A program made the translations under genes and the position numbers. The notes under the pieces are model-generated. The model had not been told where the DNA came from. It searched no databases and was given only the letters and a program-made list of their open reading frames with translations. A DNA stretch of 63,845 nt, filler included, from Octopus bimaculoides (taxonomy: Eukaryota): the NCBI RefSeq assembly GCF_001194135.2. It is 4 parts of 4 records of this genome, joined end to end, with 100 filler letters (N's around TTAATTAATTAA, not from the genome) between each part and the next. Parts side by side here need not be neighbours in the genome. Positions count along the whole stretch, not along the records: positions 1 to 27,701 come from NC_068981.1; 3 more parts are not named here. The stretch is one strand, 5' to 3'. Below are positions 11,546 to 23,985 of this stretch, in pieces (within the stretch, counting starts at the first letter, position 1; each line of letters starts with the position of its first letter).

Positions 11546-12148
11546 ATTAGAAGTTGTACTAATACCGAAAGGCAATCTTTATATCCAAATTAACGTGGTT
11601 GTTTTCTTAGAACATCGACTACTCAGGTATTCGACTAGAGAGGGCTCTTATAAAGAATCGTGGTGCATAAAAGTACACACACATACATACACACACACAC
11701 ACATACACTCGCGTACACACGTTGTTAGCTAATAAGAATCGCCTGCTATAGCCACCGGAACTGCTAGAACCCATGATTTCACCGTACTGCGTCTCTTCAG
11801 TGATAGTATCGCCCATGCAAAACTTTCTTTTATCAAACTCTCGAGTGGTTCCTATATGAAAATATATTTTGTTATATTTTTAGAATACATACGTACATAT
11901 ACACAAACGCATAAACATACATATGCATTCAAACATGTTTATATTCATACATACAAATATATATATGTAAGCGTGTGTGGGTCTGTGTGTGTATGTATGT
12001 TTGTATGTATGTATGTGTTTATGTATGTATGTAGTCAATTTAAACATGAACAAGCAAGAAAAAAAAACACGAAAAAACAATAAAAAACAACGTGAGTACG
12101 TGGAATAAGTGCAGTGTTATTGGACGCTCGGGAAAGGAAAGAAAGAGG

Positions 12149-12182
12149 ATTTAACGTTTCGATCGGCGATCTTCGTCAGAAT
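12149..12182 (-). ncRNA. Minimal hammerhead motif with loopless palindromic helix III (AACGTT)
   Basis: Minus strand: ATT-CTGACGA-A-GATC-GCC-GATC-GAAAC-GTTA-AAT. It sits in a pyrimidine-rich repeat (about 12050-12260) resembling a PLE tail. Confidence 0.7.
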
Positions 12183-12870
12183 TATGGGAAAAGTCCAAAG
12201 AAGGGAAGACAGAGAAAGAAAATCGCCAACGATGCACACGCAGTCACATATTGGAAATGTATGTATGTATGTATGTATGTATGTATGTATGTGTGTGTGT
12301 GTATGTATGTATGTATGTATATAGTGTGTGTGAGAGGTGGGAAAGAGAAAAAGAGACAGAGACAGAGACAGGGAGATTGATGGGTAGACATATATCACTA
12401 CATGCATTGTTATATGTACAATATATACATTTATTTATACATGCATAATTTTTTATGTATTCAATATATACACATATTTTAACACACACATACAAAACTC
12501 TTACACTCACGCATATCTACACATACAAGCACTTATATATAGTCATACATACAAAATCATGCAAATATACATTATGCGTACACACATATACACACATGCA
12601 TATTCATGCCCCCCCTCTCTCCTTTTACATTCCTCTCACCGTTTATCTATTTATTATACTCTATCTGTTTCACTTGTTGCCTCTATGTGGTGTATGTACT
12701 CTATCAATTCGTGGAATGCTTCTATTCGCGGAATGTGTGTTATGTGAGCTGCTATATCTGTCTCATCAAGCTTTCTTTCTCCGCTTCGTAGCGTATTGTT
12801 TCAACCAACATTTTTTCTCCTTTCTATTTATCCCCATCTGTCGGTCATTCTGTCTTATTGTATCTTATTG

Positions 12871-12941
<71 letters not shown>

Positions 12942-13234
12942 GTGTGTGTATATATCCAGTACACGCAACTGAGGCAGTATAAAGTTTTAATAGCCATATC
13001 TCTCTCTCTATACATATCCTATCCCACTTAATGTATACACATTGACGATATACCAGTTACATTAATATTTATCCTGGGTTAATAGTGTTACGACAGAGTT
13101 CCGTTAAAATCACAATAAACATCAGAAATCTGTCCTTTTAGTGGCTTGCAAGAACACCAACTGTATTGTAGGCTCATCAATGCCTACAATAGGCTCATTG
13201 TAGGCTCATCAATGCCGCGCACACGTAGCCAGTC

Positions 13235-14130
13235 AGATAAAATCTTTATTATGATCACTACGGATCGAACATAGATGAGGACAGCACAGGACAAACAATT
13301 ACACAAAATGAATAAAATCGTACTTATTTACCATTTGATTTTGATTATTATGTACAATTTGATAATTAAAAATAATGAGAACTTGTAATAAAGTTGAGAA
13401 CTTAAAACAGATCCGTCTTTTCTTCTTATTTTAAAAATAATACAGAATTTACATCCTCCAGCCGAGCAGCCTATACGGCCCAGCAGATCACTTTTTATTT
13501 CTTCGATGGTAAATTTGGGCAACTAGCACCCACCATTTTCATCACTTCCTTCCATCTTTGCTTGTATACTCTAGCTGACAGTATCCTCTTTTCCAGTCCC
13601 ATCTTGCTTTTCAGATGATATCTGAAGTAACTTAGCAAACCGGGGCCGGATATATATTCTTGTTCTCCATATGCACTCTTTCAACACTGCTACCGTACAG
13701 AGAAAATAAGCCTCACGTTCCTTCGAGAGTCCAGATGTGACAGCACGTGTTCGACGTAAATCATCAAGCCAGAAAGCTTCTGATAATGGACAAAAGCGTG
13801 CTGGACAGTTTCACTGTCCAGCTCACATCTTGGACATGTCGGTGGCACTGCTATACCGTGCCTTGATAACTTCTCGTGAACAGGTAAAGCGTTCCTGTAA
13901 CACTGCCTAGCCATAGATTTTTGGAAGTTATCCAAATACCCCGACCTGAAAGTTTTTCGGAACAGGTCGGTCAGTTGGTTCTCATCGAACCCCAGAGCAC
14001 TTCCTAAGACGTCGTCATTTTTTCCTGCCACCAACCCTCTATAGAATACCAAGGTGGTATTCCCGCAGCCAGCCTTGCCCATCCTGTGGATCAGCCAGAG
14101 TGCCATAAAGTCAGATTACGCCTTTTAATG
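13235..14130 (-). mobile_element. Tx1/L1-type LINE 3' fragment (zf-RVT region, ORF2 C-terminus, 3' UTR)
   Basis: YLDNFQKSMARQCYRNALPV..TCPRCELDSETVQHAFVH, then LSYFRYHLKSKMGLEKRILSARVYKQRWK in a second frame. AATAAA on the minus strand at about 13245. Confidence 0.8.
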
Positions 14131-15133
14131 AGACCGGGTTTAAAACGTTGGAGACATCGTCGTCTGTGATACAGAAAACGTAAATAAAATATTCACTGAT
14201 ATGGCGAATAACTACACAGCTGAATAAAATGTGGTATGCACACTTAAGGCAATATTGAATTAAAATAGCGTTCTGTGTATCATACTTAATGCATACACAC
14301 TATCGATAGGCCAATTACTGCAGTATTTGTCTTGAGATAACATCTCTTATGGACGTGCTTGTCCGAAATGCAACTTTCTATGTGCTTTGAGAAAGTATTC
14401 TCCACCACGCCCTGGGAGCCTACCGGCAAATTACACAGTCTATATACGTTAAGTATATGTAATTGATAATATCTAGCTGCCTCTATTCATATTTGAATGT
14501 AAGCCTCTATTTCATATTTGAATGTATTTATGTATATATATATATATGTGCACACACACACATCTACATACACATTGCGTGCACATTTGATATATTGTCT
14601 CGCTTGCTAAATTTTTTCTGAAATTTATCCTCTTCAGCTCTATGTATTAAACACATCATTCCTATTTTTTAAACATAGGTTATATTGACATCTAATATGA
14701 TTCTTTTGTTTCTTCTCATTCAACCAGCGCTCGTTATTATTCTTAAGGTTTTCGCTGAATATTTAAAATATTTATAATATGGCGAACACAAAATTTACTA
14801 TATTATAAACATTTGTCATAATCAACCGATCATTGACAATGACACTGACTACAAGATCGGCAAGAAAAAACACATACATACACATACAAACACACACGCA
14901 CACACACGATACACACTCATACACACATATACACATACATATATGAACGCATATATGCATACAGAAATACATACACATTCACATATATATGGATATCCAT
15001 AGAAACTTACAAACGCATACATACATTCATGCATTCATACATACACACATATACACACACACACACATATACACGTAGGTATATATGTACGTGTGCGCGT
15101 ATGTGTGAGTCTGTTCCCGTATGAGTGCTTGTG

Positions 15134-15360
15134 TTATTTCTTTACTACCCACAAGGGGCTACACACAGAGGGGACAAACAAAGACAGACAAACGGATTAA
15201 GTCGATTATATCGACCCCAGTGCGTGACTGGTACTTATTTAATCGACCCAGAAAGGATGAAAGGCAAAGTCGACCTCGGCGGAATTTGAACTCAGAACGT
15301 AGCGGCAGACGAAATACCGCTAAGCATTTCGCCCGGCGTGCTAACGTTTCTGCCAGCTCG

Positions 15361-15363
<3 letters not shown>
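15134..15363 (-). mobile_element. SINE family A, full length
   Basis: Minus strand begins CGGCGAGCTGGCAGAAACGTTAGC (A-box region), followed by the B-box GAGTTCAAATTCC, core and tail. Confidence 0.95.
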
Positions 15364-15431
<68 letters not shown>

Positions 15432-16284
15432 CTGTTTGTGTGGTATAGGAATTGCTACTGAGAGAGCCACAGAAAATCAGCGTCGTATAATTTGAAAAGA
15501 AAAGGAGTGAGTGGAAATATATGGAAACAGAAATAAAAGAAAAGAAAGAAAGGAAAATAAGGCTGAAATATAGAAACTATGTACGTAGTGTTATGTTATG
15601 ATGGAAAAGAGAAAGAAAAGGATGAGGGGAAACGAATGAAAGAAAGAAACGGAATGGCGATTAATTTATGATTACACAAACATATTAATACAATCTCATA
15701 CATAAGTTCATGTCCACACACACACAAACACATACACACACACGCACACAAATACACACATACATATATTCATAGATGTATATGAAAATAGAAAATCGAA
15801 GGTGAGATAATAGAAAAAGCTAGGAAACACGGAATGTCTTAAATAACATTAGGGGACACGGGAAGCAAGATAATGCAACTGTCCCTCGGAATCCTTTAGT
15901 GCCTGCCACATAGATAACTAGGTATAATGGATTGGTTCCAGTCAACAACAGAAGTTTGGCGTGTCAGATGAGGAATTCGCGTCAATTTCGTGGTATAACT
16001 CCATAAAACTGAAGCATGGTAAAAATGGGGAGTTTGCGTATTGGCCAACATAGTTAACAGTAGTCTAGATCAGCAGTTACTAGATCCACAGGAGATGAGA
16101 TGACATGGGATGAAATGTGCTTTGGTGCTACGTGGTGATGTATAGTTAGAGAAACCTCACCACGGGTAAGCAGGAGTCTGTTTCACCTCCTGTCTCTACG
16201 TGGAATTTATGCTTGCATGCCTATCGCTCTCTTTCTCTCTCTCTTTCTCTCGATTTCATCTTTACATTTATTATATATTTAGCG

Positions 16285-16490
16285 TTTACTTGTTTCTGTC
16301 ATTTGACTGCGGATATACTACGGAATCACCTTGAAAGGTTTTAGTCGAGGAAATCTACTTCAGGACTTATTCTTTGTAAGCTTAGTACTTATGCTCTCGG
16401 TTACTTTTGCCGAACCACTAAGTTACGGAGACGTAAACACACCAACGTCGGTTGTCAGGAACACAACTCATAAAGACACAAAGACACATA
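16285..16490 (-). mobile_element. SINE family B, 3' half
   Basis: TTTACTTGTTTCTGTCATTTGACTGCGG..TTTTGCCGAACCACTAAGTTACGGAGACGTAAACACACC. Confidence 0.8.
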
Positions 16491-16509
16491 AATATATACA
16501 TACATATAC

Positions 16510-16542
<33 letters not shown>

Positions 16543-16670
16543 NNNNNNNNNNNNNNNNNNNNNNNNNNNNNNNNNNNNNNNNNNNNNNNNNNNNNNNNNN
16601 NNNNNNNNNNNNNNNNNNNNNNNNNNNNNNNNNNNNNNNNNNNNNNNNNNNNNNNNNNNNNNNNNNNNNN

Positions 16671-16716
<46 letters not shown>

Positions 16717-17214
16717 GTATACATACATATGTAAAAGATACAAGGAGTCTTTGCCAGGGTGACTCAGGCCAATAAGTGTGCGCTCTAAGTGTTCAAATAG
16801 GCACGTGTGAATGACTGTTTAAGTTGTGGTTTTGTGACTATAATTCCAAAGCGGCTAGAAGCGGCTCCTCCTTGGGTCAGTAGGTATAAGTTAAAGTATA
16901 AAGGAGAGGCAAACAAATTGGTAATACTTGACAGGGACATTTAATTTAGTTTAGTTATATAATGGAACGTAGAGATAGTCTCGACAGCTGTTTCTGAGAT
17001 ATCCTAGCTATGGGAACATTGTGCAGAGCGAATACTCCATATGCTGAGTATAGCATCATCGAAGAGAGATAAATAGATGGAGATAAGTTAAACATATGTA
17101 GCAGTGGAATAAAAGTTCATCAATGAGAGTTGTTGTGGTTCTTTAAGTTCAGACTTGGAGGAGATATCCAAATTTTTGCTTCTCCTTTTTATATATACAT
17201 ATACATACACATGC

Positions 17215-17780
<566 letters not shown>

Positions 17781-17787
17781 TCTCTAA

Positions 17788-17858
<71 letters not shown>

Positions 17859-18140
17859 ATAAACAACTAGCCGAGGAACTCGGTAATAAATTACCGTTAA
17901 TAAGATGTCTGTTTATAGCCATGACACATTTTTCGTCAAATTTTGGCATTTTTCAAAAAAATTAAAATCTATATTGACGAAAAAATGAGCAGTGTCTGGT
18001 AGCGAACCCGTGTCGTCGTCATGTTTGTGCATGTGCGTAACATAGCGAAATTTTACGCTTTGGGGCAGATTTCCTCAAATTGATTTCAGGACATCAATTT
18101 GTGTGCAAAATGCAAAATGCCTAGTGCGCAAAATGCCTAA

Positions 18141-18192
18141 ATGAGAACTATAGTTGGAGAAGGTTATAACCTTCTCCAACTATAGTTCTCAT
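18141..18192. repeat. Perfect 52-bp palindrome
   Basis: ATGAGAACTATAGTTGGAGAAGGTTA|TAACCTTCTCCAACTATAGTTCTCAT, no spacer. Confidence 0.97.
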
Positions 18193-18232
18193 ATTCGGTT
18201 ATAATGTCTTACGTTTAAGCTGGTTCCCATAC

Positions 18233-18320
18233 ATTTCCCTGATGAGAAGTTTACATTTTTAACATCGCCGATTCCTATGGATCGCATAAATTGTAATTCT
18301 TCGAAACATATGTCGGAAAT
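18233..18320 (+). ncRNA. Type-I hammerhead ribozyme motif, intact core, long helix II
   Basis: ATTTCC-CTGATGA-GAAG(T)TTACA...TGTAA(TT)CTTC-GAAAC-ATAT-GTC-GGAAAT. Helix I has 6 bp, helix II closes with G-C, helix III is palindromic and the triplet is GUC. Confidence 0.92.
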
Positions 18321-18482
18321 TAAAGTATGCAATTAAAATATGCGTTTTACTCCATTCTTTAAATTTATATATACTCCAGGTGTAGTCCCACGGCGTTGCA
18401 TCTTGGGCGAGTGTTTTTTGCTATAGCTTCGAACCAATAAAAACTCTGAAAGAAGCCCGTCGAGTATGTGTGCGTGTTTGTA

Positions 18483-18522
<40 letters not shown>

Positions 18523-19164
18523 AAAGAGAGTGTGTGTGTGTGTGCATGTGTATGTGTGTGTGTGTGCTTGTGTTTGTGTGTGAGTGTATGTGTATGTGTG
18601 TGTACTTCTGTAAATTCCAGTTATTGTGTCGATATTGTAAACTGCATGGAGCATATTTGGCCATGGGAACAACGTTAGCATTACATCTACACTTGGTGTC
18701 TACTATGCGAGTCTTCCTGGAAGAGTCTAATGGAATTTCAACTGAGAAATAGGCGGCCATCAGATATTTGCTAATGTTTCTGAGAACTCAACGGCCTGGA
18801 GTGATTGATATTTAATCCTATTTTAAGCACATCATTGCGTACCTACTTTCTTTACTTGTTTCCTATTTTCTTTGATTGTTTGTTTGTTTGTTTGTTTGTT
18901 TGTTTCTTTCTTTCTTTCTTAATTTAGCTAAATTTACATGTTCGCTTATGACCGTCAGCACTATTAACTGAGTCTACATTACCTCGTCTGAAGAGATCCA
19001 CCACCACCACCACTACCACCACAACAACAACCACGCCCACCACCACAACCACAACCACAACCACTACCAGAACTACCACCGCCACTACCAGCACCACATT
19101 CAACACCACACCACACCACACCACCCACCACTTATAATTTTTGAAATCTGGTAAAATCGCTGGC

Positions 19165-19625
19165 AATGATGATGACGACGTCAACGATGATAATGATGAT
19201 GACGATGATGAGGAGGAGGACGAGGAGGATGAGGATGAGGATAATGATGATGGTAGCAACAATGTAGTTCTTCATGACAATGTTGAAGACGGCGATGATA
19301 AATAATAACAACGATGACGACGATTACGATGACGACGATGACGATGACGGCGACGATGATGACGACGATGATGATGACGATGATGATGATGATGACGATG
19401 ATGATGACGACGACGACGATGATGACGATGATGATGACGATGATAATGTTGATGACGATGATGATGACGATGATGATGATGACGATGATGATGACGACGA
19501 CGATGATGATGACGATGATGATGACGATGACGATGACGACGATTACGATGACGACGACGATGATGATGACGACGACGACAACGATAATGACGACGACTAC
19601 GATGACGTCCACGACGACGGCGAGG
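19165..19625. repeat. Compound (GAT/GAC/GAG)n trinucleotide tract
   Basis: About 450 bp of GAY triplets, preceded by a (CCA/CAA)n tract at 18997-19130. Confidence 0.9.
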
Positions 19626-20374
19626 TCTGAAAGATATCTTTTGGCTAACGAGATGTATCTTATGTCAAATGCAGGGCCGTTAGTTACCAGCTGTCATTAA
19701 GTTGCGATAATAGGTGGCGCCACCAAACGACCATTTTTTTTTTCTTTCTTTAATTTGTTTTTTAAGGGGTAGACGTTGATATGTGAAATGATGAAGTTGC
19801 GAGTCCAGACACGAAATGAAGCACTATGTAAGATACATAATGGTTAAAAAAAAAGAACAAACAAACAGAAAGAAACAACTACATAGAAACCCACAATAAC
19901 ACAACACACATGCATCAATCAAATCTGCCTTATCTCTTTCGCCATCAATCTAGACTCCGTTTTGTCTTATTTTATTCTGTTTTATTAAAATTAAGTTTTC
20001 TTCGCCCAATGTTTCTGACCCTTCAGATGTAACCTTGTAGTGAAATTTTGACTTGTAAGTCTGACTTCACTTATTTGCTTGGTGAAAGAAAGCGATGTAG
20101 AAGAACGTGAAGTTGAAAGTACAGCCATTACATACAAGCGTTGCGTTTTGTCTGTTGGACTATTGGCCGCTCTCATCTGAAGATTTGGCACGGAGACAAG
20201 TGGTGCTCATTTATTTATTTATTTATTTATTTCTTTCTTTCTTTATTTATTTATTCCAGAAGATATATTGCAGCATGATGTCGAGGCTTTTGATTTGAGT
20301 TTTTTTTTAACGAAAGTAAGGATGTCTGTCTGTATGTATATATGTATGTATGTACGCAGTAAACACACACACAG

Positions 20375-20405
<31 letters not shown>

Positions 20406-21240
20406 ACTATAGATTACCAATATATATATATATATATATATATANNNNNNNNNNNNNNNNNNNNNNNNNNNNNNNNNNNNNNNNNNNNNNNNNNNNNNNN
20501 NNNNNNNNNNNNNNNNNNNNNNNNNNNNNNNNNNNNNNNNNNNNNNNNNNNNNNNNNNNNNNNNNNNNNNNNNNNNNNNNNNNNNNNNNNNNNNNNNNNN
20601 NNNNNNNNNNNNNNNNNNNNNNNNNNNNNNNNNNNNNNNNNNNNNNNNNNNNNNNNNNNNNNNNNNNNNNNNNNNNNNNNNNNNNNNNNNNNNNNNNNNN
20701 NNNNNNNNNNNNNNNNNNNNNNNNNNNNNNNNNNNNNNNNNNNNNNNNNNNNNNNNNNNNNNNNNNNNNNNNNNNNNNNNNNNNNNNNNNNNNNNNNNNN
20801 NNNNNNNNNNNNNNNNNNNNNNNNNNNNNNNNNNNNNNNNNNNNNNNNNNNNNNNNNNNNNNNNNNNNNNNNNNNNNNNNNNNNNNNNNNNNNNNNNNNN
20901 NNNNNNNNNNNNNNNNNNNNNNNNATATCATATATACGAGCGGTGTATGAAAATTTTCGAGTCTTGAAGTCTTGTACCTTCATCAGAAGTCTTGTACCAT
21001 GTTTTTTTTTTTTTTTTGAAACTCAAGACTTTCATACACCTTTCATATACATATACTAGCTGAAGAGCCCGTCGTTGCCAGGCAATTTCTACAACAGAAT
21101 GTCTTATATAAATTTTTGTTTATTCCATGTTCAGACCATGCCTTCCCCGACAGATAAGCCTCTTGATCAGAACAGATTTGTGCAATTTTTCGCCAAAACA
21201 CTTTGTTGAGGATATTTTTTCCCTTTTAAAATTATTTACA

Positions 21241-21457
21241 TGTCAGTTCGACTGTTTCACATGACTTTATTCATTAAACCTTGAGAAATTCTTACAACTC
21301 TGCTCGTCGTACTCAATACTTGTCGCTTGCATAACGCTGTTCTTGTCGTTCCTGAGATAAGTCACCCTCACTCTGTTACTACTTCTCCCTCCAACGAATA
21401 CATTTTGCATCCTTATTATTTTATCATATAATTCGCCCAACCCTACTGTGGGGCACA
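21241..21457 (-). mobile_element. Candidate solo LTR (217 bp)
   Basis: TG...CA termini, AATAAA near the 3' end on the minus strand, and flanks TTACA / TTATA that could be a 5-bp target-site duplication with one mismatch. Confidence 0.45.
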
Positions 21458-21613
21458 TTATAGATTTTTATTGAAATCCAATTTACCTATCATTGAACTG
21501 GATGTTAGTGTAAAATGTATCCAAAGTTTTGTGAATATTGGTTCGCTGGTTTAGGCAGTAAGATGGTAACAGACAGAAATTGCCATTTATATATGATATA
21601 TCATTGTTGTTGC

Positions 21614-21703
<90 letters not shown>

Positions 21704-21950
21704 NNNNNNNNNNNNNNNNNNNNNNNNNNNNNNNNNNNNNNNNNNNNNNNNNNNNNNNNNNNNNNNNNNNNNNNNNNNNNNNNNNNNNNNNNNNNNNNNN
21801 NNNNNNNNNNNNNNNNNNNNNNNNNNNNNNNNNNNNNNNNNNNNNNNNNNNNNNNNNNNNNNNNNNNNNNNNNNNNNNNNNNNNNNNNNNNNNNNNNNNN
21901 NNNNNNNNNNNNNNNNNNNNNNNNNNNNNNNNNNNNNNNNNNNNNNNNNN

Positions 21951-22205
21951 GCCTAGGGTACCATATATTTGGATTTGTACAGTTTTGTTCAAGTGAATGT
22001 TTAAGAAACCATAAGAAAATTATGTGTTTGCTTTAAAATTTGAGATCACATAGACAGTATTTTACGTAGGATATGGGCAGTTCCCATGAGCACTATCTTT
22101 TGAACTTCAGCCATTTTGGGGTTTCCTGGAATCTGATCTAGGTAGTAATCAGCCCGTTTCACTGTCATTCCCAGGGCACCTATGACAATAGGTATTGTTT
22201 TCGTC

Positions 22206-22206
<1 letters not shown>
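21951..22206 (-). mobile_element. R4/Dong-like (restriction-like endonuclease) non-LTR element 3' end inserted in (TAA)n
   Basis: 22198-22046 encodes TIPIVIGALGMTVKRADYYLDQIPGNPKMAEVQKIVLMGTAHILRKILSM*. (TAA)n flanks both sides (21617-21703 and 22207-22275), with a gap in the 3' UTR. Confidence 0.75.
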
Positions 22207-22276
<70 letters not shown>

Positions 22277-22489
22277 TAAAATAGTTTCATTCTGATCTAT
22301 GCGACTTAAACATTCTGCTAGAAGCTCGTGAAACTTTAAGGCGAACGGAGTCGAATCAACTATTTTAAATGATAATAATGTAACTCCTGCTGAACGAGTT
22401 CAGTGTCTTTTCCTTTCGTTTCTCCACTCATTGATATATATATTCTTTTATTCTTTTACTTGTTTCAGTCATTTGACTACGGCCATACT

Positions 22490-22770
22490 GCGAAGACGAC
22501 GGCATATGAGCGTTCAGCTTTTGCCAAATGACCTGCACAAATGATTTGTTTATAGGGATCGTGCCCGCACATTCACTCACTCCCTCCAAGAAATCGACGT
22601 TGTCTGAACAGGTGCACGGTGTACCACGTGTCAGGAGTAAAAATGATCGCAGATCGACGTGAGATGGAATGTTTTACTCAAGAACACAATGCATTACCTG
22701 GTCTAGGAATTGAAATCATGTTCGCTATATCGTGAGTGCAACACCCTAACATCGAGGTCATGCACCCCCA
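22490..22770 (-). mobile_element. SINE family C (tRNA head, CORE-like), diverged
   Basis: Minus-strand head GGGTGCATGACCTCGATGTTAGGG..GATTTCAATTCC followed by GTGTTCTTGAGTAAAAC. Confidence 0.7.
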
Positions 22771-22819
<49 letters not shown>

Positions 22820-22825
22820 CACAGG

Positions 22826-23259
22826 AAATAGAGAATACAATTGACATATAAATTTATTAACATTATAATATGATTATACTATAAAAATATATATGATATA
22901 ACAAATAATTAAAACAAATATATAACCTACAATTTGTTTCGATTCATCATAGCCCCTTGTGAATTTATAAAAAATCTACATTTATGTAGATTTATGAGAC
23001 TATTTTACGATTTAACAGTTCTTGCATGAAATTTTTGTTTATTTTTTTGACAAATATTACCCTGACGAGATTCATATACATAAATGAGATTTTTTTATAA
23101 ATTCACAAGTGGATATGAACCGAAATAAATTGTAAGATACGTATTTGTTTAATTATTTGTTATTTTATATCATATCATATTATATTATATCTTTTTATGG
23201 TATAACTGTATTATGTTATAATGTTAATAAATTTATATGTCAATTGTATTTCTCTATTT
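22826..23259. repeat. Inverted repeat pair (arms about 22826-22990 and 23077-23259) carrying hammerhead parts
   Basis: AAATAGAGAATACAATTGACATATAAATTTATTAACATTATA..TACAATTTGTTTCG..CTTGTGAATTTATAAAAAATC matches the reverse complement of 23077-23259. Confidence 0.9.
23059..23139 (+). ncRNA. Partly decayed hammerhead motif with long helix II
   Basis: ACC-CTGACGA-GATTCAT...ATGAACC-GAAAT-AAATT-GTA-AGATA. The inverted arm preserves ATGAATC-GAAAC-AAATT-GTA-GGT, which restores helices I-III. Confidence 0.65.
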
Positions 23260-23414
23260 GCTTTAATATTTGGATATTGAAATTATACCATTTTCAGGTC
23301 TGATTTTTTCTCTATTATATTGTGGTATTTAATTGAAGAACCAGTGAAAATTGGATGTTTTCCATCCCTTTGAAGGAAATTGTTTATTTCTTAGATTGAA
23401 TAATAATAATAATG

Positions 23415-23469
<55 letters not shown>

Positions 23470-23471
<2 letters not shown>

Positions 23472-23985
23472 TTGTGTCGACGCCCCCAGGCGAAGAAGTA
23501 GGATCTTCCAAGACATATAAATAGAGGTAGTCTGGCCATGGTAGGGGTGTTGAGTAGCAGTCGAGTAGCAGTTGTGTAGCGGTTGAGTAGAGAACATCCG
23601 AAGGTGCTAGATGGCAGTAGCTTGAGACATAACAGTGGCGACGAGGATTCGCAGCTCACGCAACCACTGTGTAGTATTGCGATATAGCAGTGGCGACGAG
23701 GTTTCTAATAGCACCAAAATGAAAGAGTTACTGGAAGCAGTAGTGAAACAACAAGAGCAGCAGTAGTAGCAACTACAGAAGTTAACAGAATTGTTACTGC
23801 AGGCGAGAAATAGTACAGAATCATTTTCAGCAGATGGTGTTGCAAATTCCATCGAAGAATTTCAGTACAACCCAGATGAAGGAACTACTTTTTTGGCATA
23901 ATACAGACGATACGAAGATATATTCTGAGAGGAATGCAAGGGATGGTCTAGTAAAAGGAAGGTAAGACTCCTTTTGTCAAAGACA
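23470..23985 (+). mobile_element. Gypsy-type LTR retrotransposon 5' fragment (LTR, PBS, decayed gag)
   Basis: Short TG..CA LTR at 23470-23634 with TATAAA. PBS-like TGGCGACGAGG at 23636 and again at 23691. Gag from 23719 reads ..VANSIEEFQYNPDEGTTFLA*YRRYEDIF*..KVRLLL with in-frame stops. Confidence 0.8.

Noticed and set aside
11760-11815. CTGAAGA...GAAA on minus strand as a hammerhead
   Set aside because: Helices I, II and III do not pair properly.
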